From the NCBI GenBank assembly GCA_965637545.1, contig OZ281500.1, positions 4,030,001 to 4,094,000 of the forward strand: DNA of 64,000 nt, read 5' to 3'. The notes under the pieces are model-generated. The model saw only the letters and a program-made list of their open reading frames with translations. It ran no database searches and was not told the origin of the DNA. Position numbers and translations under genes: made by a program. Positions 25,499 to 37,400 of the stretch are shown one piece after another (positions within the stretch are counted from its first letter, which is position 1; each line of letters begins with the position of its first letter). The DNA is from Phallusia mammillata. Its lineage: Eukaryota.

Positions 25499-28400
25499 CT
25501 ATTTCTTGACTTTCATGTTCTCGCACAAGTCTCTCAGGTCTTCCATTGCTTTTTTGATGTTCATCGCGAAACGGTCGGAGTCCTGTGAAAATTAAAAGCT
25601 TTGTCATCTAAAGCAGGGGTCGGCAACCTTTTTAGCATTGCGGACCGTTTAAAAATACGGCTCATATATAAGTTATATATTTGGACTTGGTAATACGGCC
25701 GTATGCAAGAACTGCTACAAAAAATGGTTCAAAGCATTTGACCTGAAAAACTATAGGGCCCCGGAACATACTTCTCATGGACAGGCATAGGGCCGCGGGT
25801 CGGCGGTTGCCAACCACTGAATTAAAAGCACGTATGTTTTTTGTATAAAAGTTAACACGAGGATTTAGCCAGCGTTAGTTTACTTAATTGCAAAAATTGT
25901 GGTATACAGGGCTTTTCCACAACCTTATACCATGTGAAGATTTAAATCGAGTTAACCACAATAAACATAACCTGGGTCTGGTTTGGACTGGTTGGATAAA
26001 ATACGAAAATTGAATTCGAGGTATGGGTCGGGCATCGACCTTTACCGCTTAATGCAGTGTTCTTTCAAGCTTTTTTGGTTACAGACCCACAAAAACTACG
26101 GTAAAGCTACTAATGTGAGAACTCAATTTAAAACGTTTGCTCAATGTTGATATAGGGCGTAAAGAAGGCAGTTATTTTAGGGTTGGAACTAAATTAAAGG
26201 TTAGGAGCTAATTTTTACCATAGAACCTTATCTAATCCTAATATCCCTAACCGTAAGCATTTTCTTAAAGTTTTGCTTTTAAATAACGCTCTTTGCGCCA
26301 TTTAGTGATATTTCGCAAACGTTAGTAAATGAGTTCTTGCGTTAATAGCTCCACCAATAAGTACACGCAATTAATTGACACTGCGGAGTACGGGCCGCTC
26401 ACGGAGCATTTTTTAGCCCCCAAAGGGTTAATGCACGCCAGGTTGTGACACCTCGACTCAAACTAAAGTCGGTTGTATTACTACGCAATATAAGCTACTA
26501 TTCAAAAGTTATCATTGTTAACTACTGATATATCTTACACTGTTATGTATGCGCGTGTTAATATACTCACAGTTTCTGGTGATGAACGTTTACTAGAGAT
26601 ATGGAACATAATCAGATCTTCATGACAGATGATATAGGACACGCCATAACCATCGTCAGCAACCTTAAGAGATAAATCAGAATAATAAATCATATGGGCG
26701 TGGAGGAGGTGTGTCAGCATAATGAATTAACACAAAATTTTGTTTATTTTGGTCACATACAAATTTTTTGTTCAACAAACGTCACAATTTAAACTTAATT
26801 TTAAAACATGATAGCTCAAACAACTCTTCAATTCGCTCTTCAAATTTCCAATTTTTTATTTATTTTATTTTGTGGAAATCTCAAATTCATTAAAACACAA
26901 AATTTATGGAAAGCAACTAACAAGCTAATTATCAGCAAACAAGCAAAATCAACTTTATCAAATATATATACTACACAAGCTAATCAAATTAGTTGTATTT
27001 TATTGCAAGCAATATGGTCTGTTGAAAACCGCATGCGAAATGACCAAGCCACCAAATAAAATACAAAACCACAAGCACCATGTCCAACAAAACTTGGATG
27101 AAAATTGAAAAATGTCTCAGGTATTTTCTATGAAAAACTGCCCTTACAAAAGTTTATAATATTAACTGTTCAGTGCTGACAACACTTATTCATCAAAAAA
27201 ATATTGAAAAAGTGTATCCATTATATTTTGGTTCATTATTATATTTATCCCCATATAAAAGAGCCTTTATAATTTTTTCTCTGAATGTAAAATTCATTTG
27301 ATCACAATCTGTACGTTGGTTTCGAACACTTAATATTATTTTACCCTCTCACCTTTCACCCCAGCTTGACGCAAATTAAAAACGTTCCAAATATAGATGC
27401 TTGGATTATGAATTAAAAAAATCCAATACAAACCATGCAAACTAATCATCACCACTAAAAAAATCACCAAGCTACAATAAATAAGCAAAACCCCATGCTA
27501 ATGCTTTTCAGGAGAAGAAGAGATAAAGAAATAGTGCAGGGGGTAAGAGGGGGGGAGCACTTTACTTCAGGATGATTAATCATAGGGAATCTCGCATAAG
27601 CTGATCAGAAACTACAAAGACAAGCAACAGGGAATGTAACATTTAATGTTTTGATGTTGGAAGTTAAACATGCGAAATGCTTAATCATTGAAACTTAAGG
27701 TACAGTAAGTCCTTTGGCACAAATAAATATACCAACTTCAAAAAAACTGTATAGGTTACAAAAGGGTGCGTTTGCAAACTCAGTAAACTGCAGCAGCGTA
27801 AAACAATTGTGTCGCAAAGCTTATAAAAAAAATAGGACAGCGTAAACCTTAAATTACCTCGAAAGTTATTTTTTTCAAACTTTAAAAAATTCAGCCATTG
27901 AGGAAAACATGATTCACTGACACAGAAACATGACCTCATTCCGAATGACGTCACCCATACGCACGCGACTACAGAGTGACGTCAGGTTAACTTCGCATGC
28001 GGTTTCCAAGGTGTTGTGTGCAAGACAGGCACTGCCACCACCACCTCTAGGTGGCGCAAAACCATGCTACACATAAATTGACACCGCTAGGGTGCGCGCA
28101 CATACCGGGCCGAAGCCGCCGCCTCCGGAGAGGAACCGGGGATGTTTCTTCAAGTTAATTGTCATCACTTGTTGATGCGGAGTTTGCGACGTGCTGAGAC
28201 GCCATGGCTCCTGGAGGACCTGCGCTCGTGTCCGCAGGAGGATAGATCAGTGGGAAGAGCGCAGAAAAGCACAAAAACACAAAAGAAAAGCCCGGTTACT
28301 AATCGCATGCAATAAACACTCGCTGATTAGTTGCTATGGTGATTCAAGGCGCGCTCGGTGGGTGGCGCAATTGAGCTGCCTTTAGGGGGTGTAAGGGCTG

Positions 28401-31400
28401 AATGGGGACTTACCGGACCGAACCCACCACCGGTAGGGGAGAGGTCTTTTCTTTTGCTATAATCGAATAGCTTGCCCTGATCCATTGCAGTCTGCGACGT
28501 GGAAAGCCTCCAAACTTCGCTTAAAACCTGGTTGGCAGCTTACAGTGACAGATGCCACATGTGTGACAGATGACATGTGCCACACAATGTGCCACTTGTC
28601 AGTGTATTTCGACACAGGATAACGTGACATTGGTTAAAATAGGTTGGTATGTAGTAAGCTGTTTTTTCCGTGGGTTTATTGTCGGAATGCCATTGGATAT
28701 TCTCAAAACGCATTACATCGAAAATAGATTTTTCGAACGGTACCACTAGTTCTTTGTTACAACGTTAGGTATTTATAAAACGTGAAATCTGAGAAGTCTC
28801 CGGTATTTTAGCTTTCATTCAATGCGTAGACATTGGACATTATGTTAATATACCTTCTGTAGGAACGGAGATTCGATTTTGAGGTACTTGGAGACGACAT
28901 ACAGACAAAATAAGTGTCTGTCGATTCCCATGCCTGCCATTGCTTCCTTGTAACTGTTCACGTGACGGTCAACCGCCTTGTTAAACAGAGCGTGACGTTC
29001 CTCGTCCTACATTAAAAAACCAGATTAATTGTGTAAGGCTTTTTCTTATACAATGTTAATCTCTTTCGTGATAAAGTATGATCACCAAGAGTTGCAAGTC
29101 GGGCCGGGCTTTTCGGGTCGCGTTCGGGCACATTTACTGATCTTCGGCCCTAATTCATGCTCTGTTGTTTCAAATATCTCTTCAGAGCGCCTTTAGGGCG
29201 TGTTTTTGTACTTTGATTATCAGGCCCTAATTCAAGCCAATTACAACTGTGTGACTATTTGCAAAAAAAGATGTACAGCGGCAATAGTAGCATGGTTTTT
29301 GGAAAGCCTGCTGCCAAAAATGTTACCAAGTTGGTAAACTGTCATAAGGTACAGTGGTGAGTTGTAACATGGGAATTTATAAAACGGTCTTGTATTTTTT
29401 CTCAGATGGACAAAACATTGACGAAATCATCGAAATTGTGGATTAGTAAAATCACATAACATTGATTCTTACCGTGGTGTTGGGGTCATCTATAGATCTT
29501 GCAAACGCCACCATCTCACTTGTACAAGATCTCACAGTTTCAGTTCGGCCTTCACGGAACAGGCGAGTCATTGACGCTTCGTAGGTTAAAGAAAAGTGCC
29601 CTTTGTCCTGACACAACAAAATGTTCAACTTGAATTTAATTGGAAATTTCAAAATCAAAAGCATTGTATTCGTAACTCCTAAAAAGCGGACGCATTTTAT
29701 GACAGGAATCGCGTTTGATACCGTCTTAAACTTCGCTTAAAACCTGGCTGGCAGGTGGTAAATGACACATGCCACCGATGTGACAGGTACAAACATACCA
29801 ATAACAAATGCTGTTCTTTGAAACATCTAAATGGAGTTACTTGGACATAACTTCTATGGTATTTTTACATTTGCTGGTTTAACAACTTATATAAAACTAT
29901 GAACTATGAACCCCGTTTCAAATTACATTTCTACTTGTTAATGAAGACCAATTTCTAGTTTTTAACGGTTCTTGAGTAAAGCTGATATGAAAACATGCAT
30001 GGCCTTTCGGACCCACTTTTAAAGGTATCTGCTGTATTATACATAACGTCAGAAAAAGGCTACATAAACAACGTGCAAGCTTTTGCTGCGTAATCCATTT
30101 ACACAAAATGTGATCCTTTTAGAAATATATTTTTACATCATAATACAGATAAATATATAAACTGCTGCTGCCAGGCATTAAGTCGGTGCAAAAATACAAT
30201 TGTCGGAAGAGCTGTATAAAGTTGATAATACAGATAACTTGTCACATTTGCAATAAAAAACGCAACTGACCCTGAGATGGGCAAGCTGGAGAGCAGATTG
30301 GATGAAAGCATCAGGGGAAACCTTGAAAGTCTTGATCAGTCCTTTGCCGAAGGGTTTGAATGCAAACACGTGGAGATGTACGTCATCAGCAAGTTCACGG
30401 GCCAGTTTCAAGCTGGTGTCCATCACTTGGAGACACTAATAAAAAATATTCAAATTTTCTTTTTTAAAAGCAGTGTTTTCAACCTTTGGAGCAACGGACC
30501 CTGGTATATCTGCTGGAAAAATTTACCTAAATCATTTTGATAATTTATTCTGCGCATTTCTTCAAAATAATGACAAGTGCCACATAAAGATAAAAAGCAT
30601 ACGAATCCAAAATTTTGTCATTGGACAAAGATTTTGTACTAACAAATTCCCGACCATTCTCCGGGCCTGTTAAAGTGTCTTGAAAACTCTGTTTGAAACC
30701 CGCTGCCTTGGGGCATTGTTTATGCTCACCTCTTTCGGAAAGTCCCACTTCAGCCGTTCGTGAAATATCGGGTCCATTGAAGGAACTCCCATCAATTTCC
30801 CGTCTTCGCCGTATTTGATCTTCTGAAATTCGTATCCGAGTGATTCCTCCATCAAATGGCTCATGATGGGAGCATCGGCCCACGAATGCTCACCATTCAT
30901 TCCTATTCGCCCGTTCTTGTAGGCGATCACATTGAATGACTTGTCAAACCACCTACGAAAATGTGAGTTGTTTAAAGTTTGAAACATTTTATAGAACACT
31001 CTTATCACTGAGATGAGCCTTTAAGCGTACACGCAGGCCAGCGATCACGGCATACTCGTAAATAAATCATAGTACACCAGGCCCATTGATCGCGTTATAC
31101 CAAATATATCTCCCAAAAGCATTCATATATACTATAGCAAAACAGAAAAATATTGCCTGTGGTGGGATTCGAACCAACGACAAGAGCTTATCCGGAGCCT
31201 AGCGTTCTACCAACTGAGTTACTTAGGCTTGGTGTTCAGCCCGCCTCAAGTCGAAACACAAGCACCGTGGGAAAGTAATAAAGATTTTAAGAAATTGTTA
31301 ATTAAGTAAAAACTAGAATTCAGACTAAATTCAAATAATGCACTTTAGTCGACATGGCAAGCTGCAAAAATTTCGTGTATTCCAACAATAAATTGCATTA

Positions 31401-34400
31401 AAATAACGGCCCAAATAGACGTAAATCGGGTGTAACTGATGCGGCCTTCATATCACTGATGATGGCATAAGCATTTGCCGAAACGTTTGAAATCTAAAGC
31501 ATGTTGCTTTTTACGTCTATTTGGGCCGTTATTTTCACCATTAAATTGCATTAATCTGGCACATTTATGTCTAGTTTTCGAGCAGTTGTTGCTTTTGCTC
31601 GCTATACCCAAGAGCAGGGGTGTCCAACACGTGGCACGCGTACCAAAAGTGGAACGCAGAGCATTTGAAAATGGCACACAAGCTTTTGCACATTTACATG
31701 GTAAACATAAGAATTCGCCACGCAATTAAATTCGTTTCTATTGATTCTTCTTGGTCTTCTTGGCCTTTATTCTCAAAAAAGAGTAAAGATTATCAGTGGT
31801 AAAGTTACAGAAGCCACTAATTAAATTGTTCGTTTTTTGACAAAACTTTAGCCCCATAGCAAACTATTTGTATCTTGCGTCAGATAAACATAATAAAAGG
31901 TTACTGGAGTAGCATAAGCAAGTTTGCTCGCATTCAAAGACATATTTTTTTCTAATCATTTAATAGGGTTCTGCATATTGCCCAAATATTCGGATTGAGT
32001 CTGTGCCGACGTTTAAGACATGGTTTGGAAAAAGTACCAAACATTGGCACGCGAGTATATTTTAAAACCAAAATTGGCACGGCGGTGTGTGTTCGAGTTG
32101 GACACCCCTGCCCAATAGTAATACAAACACGGACAAATTAAAGTAATCAATTTTATTTTATTTCGACTCTGTGCGAAGAACGTGCTCTCTGCTGACCTGT
32201 CGTGGCACTTTCCATGAAGCAAGGAGCGGCCATAAGATGTCAGGCCAGTATGATCTTCATCAGTAACGTCGTGTTCAGTGTCGTCCAATACCACCACAAA
32301 AGCGGCTTTCTCGATAGCATGAAGTGATCTGCGGTTAGCTCCGACTTGGAAATACTCGTTGCGAGCCTGAAGACAAAAAACAAATGTGCCAGCGTGGATT
32401 CAAATCCGAAGGTAAAATCAACCATGTTACAATATAGTTTAATAAGACAAAGATCTCTTCGCCAGCCTCTAAGATCCATTTGCCAGGCAGAAAAGATAAC
32501 ATGTCATAAACAATTGGTTTTTAGGCCTATGAATTAACATGGTGGGTTTGGTTTGGTGACCTAATTTCTCGTAAACCCATTGAACAGGCAACACTTGTCC
32601 CACAAAATGTCAATATTTGCTGTCTATAGCTACATTAGGGATAGGATGACTGTGCACTGAGCATGCCACTTATATAGTGTTGGAATATCATGGCGTCACT
32701 TATATACAACAGAAGGGTATGCAAGTCATTAAAATGTTAACCGTTATCGGTTTCAAAACGGGGAAGTTGGTTAAATAGGACTTTTTAGGAACGTTCAGCA
32801 GTATTTTACAAAAGACGTTCAGCAGCATTTTACTGCTATAAATGACTCGTTGGCCAATCCCTACAAACGTGTAACTTACACATCTTACGACACAAACAAG
32901 CGAAGACAGACCTCGCTGCATACTTTTTACTTCTACATTTTACATGACAAAAAGGGAAAAAAATACAGTTACAAACTGTAATTCCCCCAAATAACCCTTG
33001 CTTGGTGTGATTAATGTAAAATTGTCTTGGACACGTTGATAATTTCCCTAAGGGTGTTGTGGTAACAAAAAAAGTGAATTAACTGTTGCTGGCCATCGAT
33101 TACGTAACAAACAACACGTACCAAGAAAAAAAAACGTTCGATTTCGTCAATAGTTAACAAGCTTGCTCTACTTCTAACTGTCTAAGTTGATCAATACGTT
33201 TCTTTGAAAGCGATATTTTCAGAGCCGCAAAAGACACAAAGGCGACAGTTTGTTCCATTATGACGCCACGAAGCCGTTGTGACGTCAATACTTTTCAACT
33301 GAGTTCGTTTTGAGTAATATGATGTATTTTTTTAGTGGTATACCGAAACTTGGAAGTGTCATTATGATTCATGGCATGAGTATGGCGTTATTTCCCTTCT
33401 GATTTCTTGCAAGGAAGTTCCTTCTCGCATAGCAAGTTCTGATTATACCATCACAATATGTGTGCAAAGCAAACCAGCAACCACTAAGTCACAACCCTTG
33501 GTAAATGGCGTAGGTACACTATTCACGGTTTTGAATAATCTGAGCAACAAAATCAGAGACAGCATTTGCGTGTAAAACATGATGACTTAATGATGACAAT
33601 AGCACTTGTCGAAACGTAGTCTTGTTTTACACACAAATATATACTGGCTTTGACATTTTTGCTTGGTAAATGTTTTCAACACATATTTTGACACAAGTGA
33701 GCACGATTTTCTTATTGCACAAGCGAAATGATTGACCCTTACTTAATAGGTGGGGATATTATACCGTCCTTTTTTCAAGAAAAATGTCTCAAAAAAAATT
33801 ACTATCCTCGTTTCTGAGACGAGTTGTTAACTCTAACTCAGCATGACAACAGAAGACAAAATATTGTTTTCTAACCAGTTTTTACAAGCAAGGCATTGCG
33901 CTAACTATAGGTAGGCTTGGATAGCTAATTTTGTAGTGAATACAGAGCATTTAGTCTAGCATAAGTACTGGAATTTGTGTTTGTAAATAGCCGCATAAAA
34001 AAGTTTTCCTGTTCGTTGAATTTAAAGCGACAATTAAGATGTATGTCCCGTAATATATTTCCACATTTATGGCACCCCTGTATATAGGTACAGGTAACGC
34101 GGAAACTAATTCAAACATAAACTACAGACAAAGAGGGGCGTTGTATCATAAATACACGGTAAAGCCAGTGAGAGTTAGTGCTTGGCAAACATATGGTAAC
34201 TCTACCGCATAACAGACTGCTATTTGGCCACGAAGCATTGGTACAAAGGTCGAAAACGTAACCAAGTATCAACATGGTTTGGTAAAGGTCGTTTAAAAGC
34301 GGTTACAGGTATTCTTTGTAATACTGTCGCCTAGCACTCCATGTAGGATCAAGTTACTTGGATTGCGGGAGCTTTATACACGGGGCAAAGTTTGCCTTAT

Positions 34401-37400
34401 GATGTAATTTGGCAGGCCTGACCTTAAAGCGTCATCGGTTATATAGATTTTGTCAGATGGGAGACGACCACTGTCGTAGAATAGCATCGAAAAATCAATT
34501 CCATGCACTTTTTCACAAGCCTTTTTGGTGACAGCATATTCAAGCCGTTTGTCTTGTCCGCTTAGTGGTAAATGTCAGGCTTTTATAACTTGACTATCCC
34601 AGTGTACCTATTTGACATTATTTTTAACACAGTAAGCTTTTTAGCCCACAAAGGCTGTTTAATATAACGTATATCACTAAACTGCGTACCGTCCACCGAA
34701 ATTGACACAACACACAGAGGTGGACACTGCCGCCTATATTAGGAGGCCCTGGTATAAAGTAAGGCCATTGGTTCTAAAAAGAAGGGCAGAGCTCCCATAA
34801 AGGGTCGGCATAGCACCTTTATGGAAACAAAATATTTTCTGTGTTAATCTTTATCGAGTAGCGCTGGTTAAACCGTATAACGTTACTTAATAAAGATTCT
34901 ATTTGAACAAGGAAAGTATTTTTCATTCTCAGCTGTTGATAAAGTTCACTCTTGATCTTTTACAGTCATATAAAAACTTTGATGGCAAAACTATTGACTA
35001 ACGTTTCATGCTAGTTTAAAACGTTGGGCTAAGCGAACAGACATCTTTGTCGATTGTTGACATACCTCCATGCTTTAACACGGTATGTTCATTAACATTG
35101 TAAGCACTATTAACTACTACAAAAATCCCTTATACCTTGGCCCAGGGAATTCGTTCTCCAGCAGTAAGAGCAGCAAGGTGTTCCTCTCCTTCACTTGGCT
35201 CTGAGGTGTCGTCCAAGATCCTCTGAAAAGCGATCTCCAACTCACAGGGCTCCAGTAGCTGACCGCGCTTGTAGCACATCAACTTGAACCAACGACCGTT
35301 GTGATAGACGACCACGTGACGACAATCCATCCAATGGTGAAGCTTGTCTAGTAATTTAAAAAAATGGCGCCGTTTTGATTTCTGCTTCAGTGTAAGGTTA
35401 GATACAAACTAACCAAACTTTTAGGACTGAAAAAAAAATTTAAATGGATACGTTGGAATACGCTGTTTCTTTCTGTTGTAAAAGTATTTTATTACATCGT
35501 AGATTATTCAATTTTCTGCATTTTTACGCTTTTCCTAAGCGATTCTTTCTGTTTTTAGCCTAGTTTTATTCCACAAATTTGTCATTCAACTGGTGTGATT
35601 CTAAACAATTTTTCAAGAAATTTTGCTAACGTTTCGCCCTTCAGAACGGTAGGGCTTCTTTAGAGCTATGAATGGAGTTTAGCATAACACCAGTTAAATG
35701 ACAAGTTTGTTAAATATGCAACTTGGTGGACGAAACGCTCGTTCAGTATTTTCTAAAGCTCAAATTCCGCGTTATTTTGGTCACAAGTCGTTTTACAGCA
35801 AAAATACTAGACTATTGCAAGTGTTAAAATAGGGCACATCTAGACAAGCAGCGGGGAGTCCAGCATTGCAACTCCCGTCGCTACGCCGCCATCATTGTGG
35901 GCGAAACGCTCGTTCATAACTCTTTAGCTACAACGCATAAAAAGCCGAGCTCCTTTTTGTATTTAAAGCCTATGAACAGCTAAGCTCCGATCAATACAGC
36001 TCCAAGGTCACAGGCCAAGGACGTTGATCGTACACACCTATCGATTGTGTTCAGTGGTGATCCAGTGAGTAAGTGATTGTGCGTTATTTTAATGAGTAAC
36101 TTGTTGTGAACGCATAACAACATGGCGTGTACAACGTTGATTGCGTCACAGGCCACGCCTACTCCGCTGACCAATGGGAAACGCATAAGCAGAATATTGC
36201 GATGACTGACGCAGAGTGATGATGTACGTATTTGGGTCGTGTTCATACAGCTGTGGTAAGCGTGACAGTTACTCATTTAAATGGGCTGGACTTTGTACAT
36301 GCGTTCGGTAGCCATGGTAACAGATGATATATTTTAAAGGTCCTTAGACATTCTCTAATCAGTTGATATTTCTCCTAACAAATCCTGACCATATCTCTTA
36401 CCAATGTTCAAAATAGAGCAGAAAACCAAAAAAGAATGGAAATCAAATTCCAAAGATTGGAATTTAGGAGATTAAAAAATGACAAAACACACTTACCCAT
36501 TTCTACACCAGGTATTCTTGATGTGTTGAACACTCTCTCATATTGGGCACTGCACAAAGGTATCACTCCATTTGCGCGAATCTAAAAACAAAACAAGCGC
36601 CTTTAGTGACCATGTCTTTAGACAATCAACCATACAGCAAAATATATACAACAGCTCCTTATTGCCAAACATAAAGTTTTTGTTATATACATAGTTTTTC
36701 TGAAACTGGTTCTAAACCATAATTGGGATTTTATTATTTAAGGGAATAAAATACTATTTGAGACACCAGAAAAGAATATTCACATTGTCAACCAGTAAAT
36801 GCTGTTGTGCTTGACATTCTTTACACACAGCCTGTTTTTCCTACATATTAGAAAAGGAATGACTCGTGACAGATGAATGAGGAAACTAAAATGACACCAT
36901 ATTGTTCTTATTCCACAAACTTCCTTGAGCACCAGAAACTATTACCATACAAGCATGGCATTGTAGGCATATTGGATTTGGGATTACCAAAAAGTATTTG
37001 CAATAAAAAGGCAAAAATTGTGGATTTACAATAAAAACTGACTGTTTTAAAATAAACTCATTTTTACCATTTGCCTGCTGATAACTTCATGCCAAAAAAA
37101 TGTTTTATTGCTAAATTTCAGTTCAAAATTTTTTTTTAAATGTGACCTATACTAACTTTGATTGAGTCAAAAAAGAGAAATGCAGTGTAATTGTGTCTGT
37201 AAGTGTTGTTGTTGTTTTTCGGAACTAATAAGTACAATATAAACTAGGAACAACATAAGCAAACTATGACAGGTAAAAAAAATCTTGAAAAATCAATAAC
37301 ATGTCTCTGATATATATTTGAAATGTTTTCATGGTTAAAAAGCTCTCTGGGCAATTTTGTTTATGATCAAAATACCATTAGTTGTCATTTATACTTACTG

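Noticed and set aside
13930-26432. AGGGTTAA ends at about 13977 and 26425 suggesting piggyBac termini
   Set aside because: I could not find matching TTAACCCT left ends forming TIR pairs.
31154-31228. Functional tRNA gene
   Set aside because: Acceptor, D and anticodon stems have multiple mismatches. Kept only as a pseudogene or SINE head.
33578-33660. C/D snoRNA (two ATGATGA C-box-like motifs)
   Set aside because: No downstream CTGA D box or terminal stem. The hammerhead-relic reading explains the structure better.
35850-35920. Possible SINE fragment (cgtcgctac...ccatcattgtgggcg) with gaaacgctcgttca repeated at 35731 and 35903
   Set aside because: The similarity is to a half-remembered ascidian SINE and is too short to support without a database search.
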